A DNA stretch of 64,000 nt from Amoebophrya sp. A120 (Eukaryota; Protista; Dinoflagellata), in assembly GCA_905178155.1 (NCBI GenBank), contig CAJINV010000005.1, positions 3,469,902-3,533,901 of the forward strand, written 5' to 3'. Both the position numbers and the translations under genes were made by a program. Numbering within the stretch: position 1 is the first letter of the stretch; each line of letters starts with the position of its first letter. Below the pieces are notes generated by a model that was given only the letters and a program-made list of their open reading frames with translations, searched no databases and was not told the DNA's origin. Positions 36,612 to 48,149 of this stretch are shown here, one piece after another.

Positions 36612-39600
36612 CTACAATCTTTGCTGATTTGAAGAGGAAGACACCAGCTTCACGAAAGTCTGATACGTCATCAACTGGTCCTCTGATGACTTGCCACCTG
36701 CAGCACGCGGCACCGATTTTCTCCACAACAATTCCCCATTGTCGATGTTCAATTTGCGCATGGCGTTCAAAAACTCTTTTTTCGTCACCGCCTTGTCCCG
36801 GTCCTGGTCCATATCGTGAAAGAAATCTTGCAGCGCCAAGCTTTCGTCCTCTCCGTTTTTGCTCTTCCCACTTCCGCTTGGTTGCGCCACCGCATCAGCA
36901 CCACCTGTGGTCCTTCCCACAGCAAAAACCTTCTCCCGCAACTCGTAGTTCAGCGGCAGCGGTTGCAAACTGGCCGTCTCAACAAACCCCTCCCCCTCGT
37001 TCATCGCAGATTTCTTGATCTTGCTTTGCTTGCTCAAGCTGCTGCTACTCCCGGTAGTTGTCGTGCTGTTCTTCGGAGCTAAGCGTCGAATCAAAGCCCA
37101 CGAGCCGTCGTCCACAACGGCCAATACTTCCAGCGGTTCGCTGGGTAGAATCTGCCCCCGCAGATCCGCCCGAATGTGGGGCCACTTGCGGATGTAGAGC
37201 AAATCGTCGCTCGTGACGCGAGGGTTCGCTTGGAGGGATTTTGCCTTCGCATTTTTACCCCCTTGTCCTCTTCCGCGACCCACACCACCGCGCAGAAAGC
37301 TGTCCCTCTCCTCCCCTTCCAAGTCCGCTACCCGCTCGGTCAAGTACTCGATCTGCTCATTTTGCTTCAGAATCAACGCCCGCAAATCCGCGCTCCATCG
37401 GCGGATGTCGGACAATTTCGCGTCTGGTGGAATGTTCTTCCGCAACGCGGGGGCACGCTTGCTGTCGAAAATGGTCGTGGTGGTGGAAGAAGTGGACAAA
37501 GCAGTCGCCTTGTAGGAGTTTTTCGCTGAAAGCACAGACTGCTGGAAGCTACTGGTCGGCTGCAATGGCGCCGCGGTTGGTTTTGTGGTTGAGCGGGCCC
37601 CGTCATTTTCTTTATCCTTGCTCGTCTCAGCGCGGCTAGTTGTTTTCTCCTTTGAGCTCTTCTTCGACGATGAAGACGATGGCAGCAAAACGTTCTCCAA
37701 CAATCGATCCACATCCCGAAGCAGCGGCGCAGCGCTCCCTTCCCGCGGTTTGCTGCTGTTCGTTTTTCCACCTGCGTAGAAGTGGTCTGCCGCCGAACAG
37801 TAGTCCTCGTCCAGCTCAATTTTCACTACAACTTTCAGCTTCGGACCCTGCCGGCTCAACATCTGTCCGTCCTGTTGGTTCAAAGCAGCGGGGGTGACGA
37901 ACTCCCTGGGATCCTCTTCGATTTTGTTCGCCGCATACGGTTCCGCAACTGGGCAGTCCGCGGGGGACCAGATACCCTGCGGAAGCTCGTAGAACTCGTT
38001 GCTAAGAAGATGATGCGACTGGGAAGATGAAGACGAGGACAAGCTTGACCCCCCTCCTACGCCGCCTTTCTTCAGAACAATCTTCATGACGCCCAGTGGC
38101 CGTCCGTAGCGAACAGTGGTATTGCTGGCCCCTTCTACCGGTGAAGCCGGTACTTCCTGGTTGTGATCTCCGTCGGCGTAAAATGCCGCGGCAAAAAAAT
38201 CTTCAGGTTGTTCTTCCTCCGAAGTAGTTTTGTTCCCGCCTCCAAGGCCGAGGAAAGCGTCCAAGCCAAATTCGTCGTCGTCGCTGTCGTTCTTTTGGTC
38301 CTGATTCTCAGCGTCCTCCTCAAGCTGAAAGCTTCCCGGCTCTTCCTCTTCCTCTGTATTGCTGCTTTTCACAGGAGGGTCTTCTGATGAGCTGTTTTTC
38401 GAGGAGGACGCTGATGCGCCGGGGAGGTCGAGGCTATCACCCGGCTCGTCATCCTCCTCCTCTTCGTTTTGATTCCGAAACAAATCGTCTTTTTTCGTGG
38501 CGTTTACCGGACTCGAACCCAGGATGGCGGCGTTGAGACCTCCATCGTCCTCGTCGGACGAGCCTTCGACTTCGACGGACGTTGAGCTTTTGGAGGAAGA
38601 GGATAGAAGCTCCCGGCTTGCTGGTGCTTGGATTTGTGCTTGGGCTTGGGAGAGCTCCCCCTGTTCAGCTTCCCCATCGTCAACATCCTCGTCAAACGCG
38701 TCTTCTTCCTCGCTGTACGACTCTTCGGGCGGTGGATCGTCGCGTGTTTTTGATTGGGGTGGTTCTAGCGTATTCGCATTTATTGCAGGGCGAGCTTCCC
38801 CTTGTTCACTGCCCTGGTCACTCTGTAGCTCCCCCTCCTCCGCCTCCTTCGTCCCGCCAAAAAGTTGAAAGTGCTGTGCCCCTGCTGCAGAGCCAGAAAC
38901 CGCCGCGTCGAAACTGTTGCCGCTACTTCCAACGTCCTCCCCGCCATCGTCTGCCGAGGACGAGCTCTTCCCTAGCAGCTCGTCTTGCTGCTCTCTCGTC
39001 GCGTCGTGTTTCTCGTCGTCATCTGCGTCCGCAGAGGGGATGTTGCTGGCCTCATCCTGCTGCTCTATGTCCACTTCCTCGTCCTCACTGTCGTCTTCCC
39101 GAAGCAGGGCAGCGAGAAGTTTCGCCGCAGCTGCGTCCTCTTCGCTTTCCTCGCTTGAGGTAGCGCCGCCCTCGTGACCTGGATCAGCATTGTCGAATCC
39201 CAGAGAGTCCAAAACCTTCGGAAGACTCTTGTCGCCCGCTCCTTTGGACGATCTAGACAGTTTTTGTTGACCAGCACCCGACGAAACAAAGTCGGCGAGA
39301 AAATTATTGCCGCTCGTGGAAGTAGCGTCATCAGGACCTCCTGCAGTTTCTGTTGGTGCTGCTGGATGTTTGGAACTAGACGAGGGATGAAACTCTGCAA
39401 GATTCCCCTGAAGGAAGTCGTTTGCGTCGGCGGTTTCCTCATTGCAGATAGGAGACTCGTGCTCCTCGTCCTCATCATGCAACATCTCGGGGTTTTCATG
39501 CATATTGTAGTCACACGCCACTGCTGCTATGGGTACGACTACCTCTGTTCCAGCAGGACCTCGCGGAGCCTGCTGCGAAGAGGCCAACATTACCTCCTGC

Positions 39601-40373
39601 TCCTGCAAGGTGCGTCGGAGGGCCCTTGCGATCGGTGATTCTTCTACTGATTCAGTGGCATCATGATCCTGATCGCTTTGCCTACCTCCACCTTTAATTT
39701 CGGCTACTTTCGTTCTCTCGCTTCGAGCTCCACCTTCTCGCGTCTGTCTCTTCGCAACCTCATTCGTATAATCGCTTTCAACCGGTGTGGCCGAAACCAC
39801 CCTGAAGAGGTAAATGGAAACAGACTCGACCTCCTCCAACCCGCGCCACTGATGCAGTAAATCCGTTTTTGTGCAGCTCCGGCGGGATTTTCGATGGCGT
39901 GACGACTCGTCCCCATCATCGATTGTTCCTGCCGCTCCACCACCGTGCCATGAAAAAATGCTGTTCGCGCCTGCGGCGACTGGATAGTTGTTTTTCAAGA
40001 ATAACTTTTCCATCTCCTTGCTTCGTACGACGTGAGAAGTGAAGCAGTGAATTCCGTTCACCTTCATGACGAAGTAGAGCTCCGTGTTTTTCGAAAAACT
40101 CAAGGGTGCGACGAGTTCCAGATCCCGCGCTTCTAGACGGAGAAGACTCAGGCTGAATTTAGGGCCAGGCGTGGTGGATGCCAGGGCCGCTTTGTTCTGG
40201 CCAACTACATCCTGGACAGATGTAGCTCCATGTCTTTGTCGGGAAGTAATTTTCGATGCAGCTAGTACCCCTGCCCCACCAGGGCCGCCTGCGCTCGCCG
40301 ATGGATCTTTAATTGGCTGCAGCTTGCCTGGTTTTTTCGTCGGGGAGAATGCCGGGGAGGTGAGACGCGACAT
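36612..40373 (-). CDS. ~1253-aa protein: split C2-like domain with acidic insert, coiled coil, SH3b-like domain, C-terminal EF-hand pair; single exon
   Basis: Long ORF, first ATG at 40373. LRLEARDL...LYFVMKVNG...TSHVV; RPLGVMKIVL...KLKVVVKIEL; LYIRKWP...GQI...EPLEVLAVVDDGSWALIR...EGFVETASL; FHDMDQDRDKAVTKKEF. Confidence 0.8.
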   Translation of the reverse strand: MSRLTSPAFSPTKKPGKLQPIKDPSASAGGPGGAGVLAASKITSRQRHGATSVQDVVGQNKAALASTTPGPKFSLSLLRLEARDLELVAPLSFSKNTELYFVMKVNGIHCFTSHVVRSKEMEKLFLKNNYPVAAGANSIFSWHGGGAAGTIDDGDESSRHRKSRRSCTKTDLLHQWRGLEEVESVSIYLFRVVSATPVESDYTNEVAKRQTREGGARSERTKVAEIKGGGRQSDQDHDATESVEESPIARALRRTLQEQEVMLASSQQAPRGPAGTEVVVPIAAVACDYNMHENPEMLHDEDEEHESPICNEETADANDFLQGNLAEFHPSSSSKHPAAPTETAGGPDDATSTSGNNFLADFVSSGAGQQKLSRSSKGAGDKSLPKVLDSLGFDNADPGHEGGATSSEESEEDAAAAKLLAALLREDDSEDEEVDIEQQDEASNIPSADADDDEKHDATREQQDELLGKSSSSADDGGEDVGSSGNSFDAAVSGSAAGAQHFQLFGGTKEAEEGELQSDQGSEQGEARPAINANTLEPPQSKTRDDPPPEESYSEEEDAFDEDVDDGEAEQGELSQAQAQIQAPASRELLSSSSKSSTSVEVEGSSDEDDGGLNAAILGSSPVNATKKDDLFRNQNEEEEDDEPGDSLDLPGASASSSKNSSSEDPPVKSSNTEEEEEPGSFQLEEDAENQDQKNDSDDDEFGLDAFLGLGGGNKTTSEEEQPEDFFAAAFYADGDHNQEVPASPVEGASNTTVRYGRPLGVMKIVLKKGGVGGGSSLSSSSSSQSHHLLSNEFYELPQGIWSPADCPVAEPYAANKIEEDPREFVTPAALNQQDGQMLSRQGPKLKVVVKIELDEDYCSAADHFYAGGKTNSSKPREGSAAPLLRDVDRLLENVLLPSSSSSKKSSKEKTTSRAETSKDKENDGARSTTKPTAAPLQPTSSFQQSVLSAKNSYKATALSTSSTTTTIFDSKRAPALRKNIPPDAKLSDIRRWSADLRALILKQNEQIEYLTERVADLEGEERDSFLRGGVGRGRGQGGKNAKAKSLQANPRVTSDDLLYIRKWPHIRADLRGQILPSEPLEVLAVVDDGSWALIRRLAPKNSTTTTGSSSSLSKQSKIKKSAMNEGEGFVETASLQPLPLNYELREKVFAVGRTTGGADAVAQPSGSGKSKNGEDESLALQDFFHDMDQDRDKAVTKKEFLNAMRKLNIDNGELLWRKSVPRAAGGKSSEDQLMTYQTFVKLVSSSSNQQRL

Positions 40374-40849
40374 TTTACCGATTTTCTTGTAGATATTGAA
40401 CACAACTAATCGCAATCCTCATCAACCTGCATAAGAAGAAGAACTTCTTCTACAACTAGAGGGATATGAGCAATAAAAGTGTCCTCGCGCTCCTTTTTCA
40501 TCCCGTTGGCGTTGCACCTTTTACAAAGTTAGTGAGTACTTTCTCTCAAGTGCACCCCCCCCAGCCCAACTTCTCTCTGCCTGCCGTTGTGCTTGCCACC
40601 TTAGTTTGCTCTTCTCATCGGTCTTGTGCACGGTCTTCTCCTTCGAGGACCTCGAGTCATGATTTTATCCACGAAGCCCTGAGGACCGCCCTCGTAGCTC
40701 GACGGCGAAAATTGTTCGCCGTGTTTGATGGGTTTGCGTGCCACACAAATTGGGTTTGGTGCTCGTCTCTCTTCTTTCCTCGCCAGAATCGATAGCACAG
40801 AAGGGTCTCTCACCATGAAGAGGCCACCGAGCTGCGCCTACTTCTGCGC

Positions 40850-42400
40850 CTGCCCACATTCATTAGCCAGCAGAGCGGTAGGGCGGGAGCTAGGTAACTA
40901 CACAAGGAAAAGCGGCCACCCAAGCGCAAGGGCACTAATGCCGATCGCCTCCTCTTTTATTCAGTTGAGTGCTCGCTTCCGCCAAGTTCCCGGCCGGTGT
41001 CGGAGCTTTGGGCAAATTAGTATATTTGATACTACAGAGCCACGAACGCGCGCGCATGCACTGGCTGCGCAGGTGGCGGGGGGCACGGAGTGTGGGGCAG
41101 GCACTCACTGGAGGATGGGTGGATGGAAAGTTGAACCAAGGTGCGCGGCGGACCGACGCTGGCAGTTGGTGGCCCCACCCCCATGCGTGCCTTCCACAAC
41201 ATGGCATGCGGGGACGGAGGCAGACAGACGCAACAACCAGCCACGGAACCTGATTGGCCCGCCGGTCGCGCGCGCACGATCAAACGATGCTTGCATCCAT
41301 GGCGATGGGTGCCGGCGCGCCCCTCCAACGCCGCTCCTTCGCAATAGGCCCCGACGCAAAAGAACCAAACCCCGGGAAAGGGGGGCCGCCGCGGATTACC
41401 TCCAGCACGAACGGGGCGCCTCGCGCCTGCCCAGATCAGACTTGCGGGGGCGCGCCGGCCGGCGGGCCGACGGACCCGCCGCTCCAGATCAGTGGCGCAG
41501 CCCGCTGCGCGCGCGCCGGGGTCGATCCTACAAGGCGCCCAAGGGCGCTGCCTGCAATGAATTGGTTCACATGGGAGCCCGGCCGCCCGGCCGCCAAGGT
41601 GCGTGGCCGCGGCTGGCTGGCTCGCGCGCTGTCCCCCGCGGGGGCCTGCCCACATAAGGATGGCGGTCGATGCAGATTGGTGATTTCCATACCACCCGCC
41701 GCCTGCGAGATAGCCAACCAGGAAGGTCGCCACCCCCTGCGCGGGCGCATGCCATGCGTTCCGTCCCACCGGAGGCCCAGGCGCCTGCCGCGCATGCTTG
41801 CAGCTCGACGACGTCGGCGCGGCGCGCAATTAACTCACGGACCACGGGGGTGCGTGCGCCGGGCGGAGGGGCGCCCAACCTGCAACCAAGACGGCCCGCC
41901 ACAGATGGGCACGGGGCGGGGGACGCTACTAACCCAGTCGCCACACTCCGCCCGCTGCCTGATGTCCCGCCGCCTCTCCCCCCCGGGGCGCCGCGTGGCA
42001 TGTGCCGGGCTGGCGCAAAACCGAACGCATACCGCTGGCACGCGCCGCCAGCCTGCCCGCGCGGGTCTCGGCGCCTTTCGAATTCGCCACGGGCTGCCTC
42101 GCCATGGAGGTCCAAGACGAAAACCCAGGCCAGTTGGTTTTCGATCGGGCCGCTGCGTCGCCACTTAATAAGGGCCCAGCCCCGTCGATTCTCTAAACAA
42201 GCGCACCGCTTTCCTTGTTTAGCAACGGTCGCAATAAAGCGGGAGGCCGTGGCTGGCCATCACAGCCGCGAATCATGGCGCCGGGCTCGACAGTCTGAAT
42301 CTGTGTCATCGCAGGCAGCAACACAGGACGAACGAAATCCACAGACGGGCGGGCTTCATTTAGTATGTTCGGCAAGTACGAACTGCGCCCGAACACACCC
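40850..42400 (+). mobile_element. GC-rich relic, possibly Ty1/Copia pol
   Basis: 80% GC in 41401-41520 by manual count. Ghost motifs RKSGHPSARAL (pre-integrase GHPS), NWFTWE...KDGGRCRLV (RT start), LRPLPDVP...KPNAYRWHAPPA (K.LYGL..AP) occur in Copia order. Confidence 0.4.
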
Positions 42401-42993
42401 TGCTGCGTGTCCTTCGTTGTTCTTGAGTTCGTTTAGTAAATTCTTTTTCTCGGCGCCAATTTCATTTTCGTGATATTCCTGTGCTCCCTATGTCTTGATA
42501 TGACTAAGAGTCTGGTGTACAGTTTCATTTTTCAGCATGCTTGTCAAAAAAGAAACGATCTTTCAACTGATTTCCGAATTCGCACACCCAGCTAATCTTT
42601 CAGATTATGTCGATGGGTATTCATTTCCGAATCAGTGTAGCATCGTTCGGCTGGAAACATAGACAAAAGCTTCATCACGACAAGCACCGCATGCCGTGGC
42701 ATCGACAAGGCTTAGATCATCATCGTCTATCTTCGAAATTTAGTTTTTGTGCTTTTTCTGATCTGTACGAAAAGGAAACAAATGATAAACAATTTACGAA
42801 ACAAGAGGAAACGCGTAAACAAACACGTCCCCTATTTATGCTATTTCTTCATCATCTTCTTCGAAACTTGCTTGAGTGAAATTTGGCTGCTTAAAATTTC
42901 TAGTACAAAGTACAACTTCATCACGTACCATTCTTTACCACCCCCGACAGCCGAAGCCGTCCGCTGTTCCTCCTCTTTTCAAAAAAACATTCC

Positions 42994-44574
42994 TCAGCCC
43001 CCCGGAATCTTCTGGCTCTTCTCCTGCTGCAAGGTGACTGACACTTCCGCTCCCGTTTTCTTCCGCACAAAGGGTTTTGTCAAGTGCCACTTCTCCTTGT
43101 CGCCGTCGCTGAGAACCCCGTTTTCGGTCGGCAAAGTCCCTCCGTCCGGCCCCGGTTCGTCTATTATTGCCGGGGTAAACATCTTCCCAGACAGCTGCGC
43201 CTCTTCACTAGTTTCGGCTCCACTCCCGCCGCGCCTCTTCGACAACAAGCTTCCGGGGATTCGTTCCGGCACCCCCAGAGGCACGAGCACCTGCCCCCGC
43301 CCCGGCCGGAACCCGATCGCCCTTATCCTTTCCTTCGGCGGTAGGATCGGAATACACGGTGCCGCCGCGATTTGCGCAGCGGACAAACCCATGCACGGCT
43401 CCCCCCACGGCTCTCCCTCGTCTAACACCATGTGGACCGTGGCGCCGCGGTTGTAGTACTCGACTAGAACGTCCAAGGTGTGCACGCTGGTGCTGTAGTC
43501 CGTTTCGTTGTTCGGTTTTCCCGCCCGAGGTGTCTCCCACCCCGCTGGTAGATGTGTCACGTTCGAGGAGAAAGCGGAAATCGCAAAGGTACCGTTCACA
43601 CTGGAGTCGTTGTTGTCGTAGTGGTCCGTGTTAAACGAATACTCCATCCCGGAAAATCCAATCAACACGATCGCAAACCCGGTGCCGTTGATCGCCGACG
43701 GTTGCACGTACTGTATCTTCGACCGGTCGATCACCCAGCTCTGCCCGTCCAGCGCGTAGGTTCGGAAGGGTGAGGCCCGGAGTTCATTTCCCTCCCCTTC
43801 GCAGCTGTAGTAGTCGTGTTCCGGCGCCAGGTTCACCTCGCCCTCGCAGGTCCCGAGGTTCTCCAGATCCGGATCGCGCATCACAATGTTGTTGATTTTC
43901 CACTGCATCGGACGCAGGAACGGATTGTAACCGAGGGTCGGAATCATATCTGAGAGTTTTGTACAATAGGAAGATTTGTGGCTGCGTATAGCGCTTGTGA
44001 TCAATACTTGTGCCTGACATCAAACATGCATATGCAAATATGATGACTATACCAAAGTGCAAAAACTATACGTGTGTGTATCCTGATCGTGGGCGTTCCG
44101 TACCGGCAGTCATGCTCTGGGTTGTTACACGGCATAAACCCAAACTTCTCCCACCTGTCGTTCGGTGCTAACGTTAGATTTTTCCCCCACGGCATGAGAT
44201 ACCCGTCCAACATGGCGTGTATCTTTGTGCGGTTCACCGGGTCCCGGTAGAACTGCACAAGATGGGGTCTCCCATCCGCTATCACGTCGTTGTTCAGCGG
44301 TATCGATTCGTCATCGTACGCTTCGCTCGGATCGATGAAGTACTCCGTGTAATTGACATCGTCGCGCTATAAGAGTGCACCACTTCGTCCCCTCCCCCTC
44401 ATTTTGCGATGCAAAATACCAAATCCATTCCTTGCCTGCCTTTCCTTTTGGCACTTTTTGCATGACAGGTTTTCTTGGCAGCTCAAACAGAACTAAAGTC
44501 ATGGGTCGTGAATTCGTCATGCAAAACCTGCACTCTTGCCGGCGCTCGTATCGCTGCTCATGCCATGCATACAA

Positions 44575-44609
<35 letters not shown>

Positions 44610-47453
44610 GCGTCGAAAATGTCTTATTGGCCGAACGCTTACTGCGTGACCTAGTGCTTCCATACAAAAACACTTTCCGCTGGCGCACCCTCTTGGGTAT
44701 CCTAAAGCGAGTTACACCGTCCGGCGTTGTTCTCACTTTGTAACGAGGACCCCGGGATGCGTACCTGTTGGCGTCTCCCAAATGAAGGGGAGTTGAAGTT
44801 GTGCACCCTCATACGGCCTCCATGTGCCGAATCGTTCTCCGCGTCACCAAAAATCGGTACCGCTGGTGGTGCTCGTCGCCCTTCGCCACGCTCATCTCTT
44901 TCATCCTCTTCGTGAAATTCACGTCCTCACTGTCGAACGTGAAGGTGTGCGTCGTCGTCCGGTTGAACTCCGGCCCACTCAGGTCGGTGGTGTTGGTCCA
45001 AATTTGAAACGCCGCACCGGAATCAAACATTTCGCTGCCCCAGTGCGAGTGCGCACTCAACTCGTTGATGTTCAGTGCGGTGAAAAAGACCTCGATCCGG
45101 TCGATGTCGATCTTCGGCCAGAGAAAGTCCGGTCGTTCCGGGCGGTACCAGAGGGACAACCCCGGTACGGCGTGCATGTCCAAGTGACGAAACTCGGTCC
45201 GCCAGTCCGGTTTGCGGGCGAGAAAGTAGGAGCCCTCGACCGGGTCTATGCCGCCAAGGTGCTCGTCTTCGGAGAAGGACATCGGTTCTATCTCGTCCCA
45301 GTAAACGTCTGCGGGCTTGTTCAGAGTGGCGTTGGTGTAGACTAAGAAATCCAAAGGGGGTGGGGACGTTGTGGTCGTCGTCGGGCGCTTGGTATTGATG
45401 TAGGAGTCGTACTTGAGGGAGGTCATGCAAGTGCATTTGTCCGTGAAAGCGTAGGAGGGATCGCAACTGTTGTAGACCGGCCAAAACCTGTACAGCTGCG
45501 CGTTCCAGTCGTGGTAGCCACCGCTGCCTTCCCTGTGTTGTGTTTTTATCATGCGCTACTTATTGCATGATTGGCAGCTGCATCGACTTGTCATGCGTAG
45601 GCCGCGCCTTTAGAGAATAGATCAAGATGGAAGTAAAGCTCCTTATCACACGACTTGATATAATACCACACAGTAAACCCCGCGCAGTTGTCGGAATCCT
45701 GCATGCACTTCGCTATTCCTTCATTTCGTGCGTGTTCACCACTTGACTGCTCAATCACCCGTCTCAGTGGGTATTCCGAGTCAAAGCACATCTGTCTGTG
45801 CTTAAAAGCGTACTCACCCGCGCCCGCACCTGCTTTGATGTTCAGCTTTTTCCTTGCTTTCTCCTGCGCGGCGAGAACGGCTTCGGTTTCAACGACGTTT
45901 TCGCTTTCTCCTTGTGCTTCTTCGGCTTCAATCTTGTGTTTGTGGTTTTTCTGCGACGATAACCTCGACGCAGCTTCCCCTTCCGCTGCTCTAGTGCTTT
46001 TTGCAGTTTCTAATTCTGCGCTTTTGCTCACTAACGATGGATCTGGAGGCTCTTTGACGGATTGTGTGACTACAGAATCACTGTTCGTTTCGCTTCTCAT
46101 CCTCTGCGCACCACGACCGCCACCAGCTCTTATCTCCTCGTCTTTGCTTTTCACATGTGCTTTTAACTTTTCCAGTGATGTAACGCCCTCCTGTTCGTGA
46201 TCCTTCTCCGCATGAGGATGCAATTCTGCTTCATGATCATGCCCCCCTGTGGTCGGTTTCTCTTTCTTCTGTTTATCATGCTCGGTATTAATCGCGGAAC
46301 CGTGGTCCTCCTGCCCTCCTACCACCACCCCACCTTTCTGGAGGTACTCCTTCAGCTGCTGTCTCCGGTGCAAGATTTCGCTGTACGAGACCTGGTTCGC
46401 GTTCGTTCCGCCAGCCCTGTGCACCTCTTCCCCCGGTTTTCTCCTCGCGATTTTTAGCGAGATGGTTTTCTCGGTCAGGGAGGGGTCGTCCGCGAAATCT
46501 AAATTGTCCCGAAAGATTAAATCGTCCTCTTCTTCCTGCGTCAGAGGCGGTAACTCGCTGTCGATGATATCAGATCTTGACGGAAGATCTTCATACACAC
46601 CATCAGCATCATCGGCCCACAGGTTTTCCGGCAGCTGCGCCGAGTTCATTTTCGAGATCTGCTCCTGCCACAACCGCTCCTCCTTGATCTCCTCTTCGTG
46701 GCCCCATCCTTGACTACTGGAAGACGGGTAGCTGCCGTGCTTTTTTCTGCCGATAATCGCGGGGCCGGCTTTCAAAACGGTGTCTCCTGGGGTGGTCCTT
46801 GGATAGCTTGTGACCGAAGTGGTTGCGAGGAAGTAGAAAGTTGAATGTTTGAAAACGAGCGCACAAGAAGCAAGGACGGCAGCTTTCGTAGTAGGTCGAG
46901 TGAAAAGCTGCAAATGCGCTGTTGTCGCTCCGGGAGGTCGTCGTCGACGGCGGCGACGGAACCGCGAGGGGTGATCGACGGCTTTTGGCGTTGGCCTCGA
47001 AGAATTTCTACCAACTTGAACTTTCATCGTCGTGGCGACCGAGCTCACCACCGCAAATGTGGTTGTGTCTTTGCCTTTGCTGTTTGGTCTTCTTCTCCTC
47101 CTCCGGTTTTTCAGGGTTCTTGTTTCCTCGTTTATTTCGTTTTGAATTTGCAATTTGGACGCACGTCGTCGCCCGCGCAACGCCGACCACTGCGTGCTGT
47201 TGCCCACCGCGTCTTCGTATTTTGTGGTTTTTTGACGCGAGCTGTTACAACGGCTGCGGGTCCTGGAAGGAGATGAGGGTGTACTGCTCGAAGTAGAGCA
47301 ATGGTGCGAGCTTGTGCTTGCGCTCGAGGGATGGCTTGGCGAACTAAACATCCTATGTTGTCTTCCCGGTACGCGGGTAGGGCCGTCCGTTCCTTCATCG
47401 CTCGCCGTGTTGCTGGAGCCCGCAGCTCGTCGCCTTTCGGCAACCAAAGTCAA
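42994..47453 (-). CDS. Hypothetical, probably membrane-anchored or secreted protein (~1,250-1,280 aa) with a Cys-containing PAN/apple-like segment
   Basis: Exons ~47453-45603, 45555-44815, 44553-44541, 44362-44072, 43949-42994 join in frame. Hydrophobic stretch AAVLASCALVF..STFYFLA, many NxS/T sequons, KCMQDSDNCAGFTVW. Start codon uncertain. Confidence 0.65.
44368..44540. mobile_element. Introner E8, 173 bp, one terminus decayed
   Basis: TIR AAGAGTGCA; left end TAT, right end GCC; direct repeat CGCGC/GGCGC (4/5 match). Removal gives RYERDDVNY. Confidence 0.8.
44575..44607. repeat. (ATG)11 microsatellite in intron 44554-44814
   Basis: Read directly. Confidence 0.95.
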
Positions 47454-48149
47454 ATGCGCGTCGGATCCGCCCGCACGTCATGTGTTGAGCCCCGACCACG
47501 AATTCAGGCAGCGGACTAGATGCCTGTTGAACTCATCATCATGCGAAGTCTGCAACTACTTTTGTTTCTGTCGTGTGGTTTTTCGTTTCTCTCTGACCTA
47601 CGTAAGTGTGTGTAGTTAGATGCACATGCAGTATGATTTTGTCAAGCATGCAGCGTCTTCTTTCTGGCTTTGATTATTCATGTTGTGCCCGAATGTCGTC
47701 CAATTCCAATATGATCGGATGCATCTCGATCTCCAATTCGATGCATTCATGTATCCTCTACCACGACTCACCCTGACGCTTACGCAACTTAGCCTCATTT
47801 CATTATCCATGCAGAAATACCAATGGAGACGCTCTTTCGCTCGCCTTGTCGTTTTCATGAATGATAAACGGCACGTACTACAGATAACATGGAGAGACAC
47901 GGCACGTCGTATGGGGCCTGAGGCAGGTACATGTTGGTTGCCCCAGGCCGCAGCTGGTTCCAAAGAGCAATCGTTTGCAAGACAGACTCTCTCATTGCCT
48001 GACCCGGTCGCATCCCAACTACAGTAGCCGGAGGAGGAGGACGAACAATGCTGCAAAAGGCCCACAAGAGACCTACTAGCGCTGGCCAACGAACCATATA
48101 CCAAAATGTGGCCAACTTAATGTGCGTGAAGATTGATTAATATTCTTTC

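Noticed and set aside
44575-44607. Poly-histidine tract in ORF 44311-44781
   Set aside because: It is a (CAT)11 microsatellite inside the predicted intron.
44765-44814. In-frame TGA between two same-frame ORFs (EAV*GC), suggesting selenocysteine or stop-codon reassignment
   Set aside because: A phase-0 GT donor at 44814 joins cleanly to downstream exons and removes the TGA. Other genes use TGG for Trp and have long stop-free exons, so the standard code fits.
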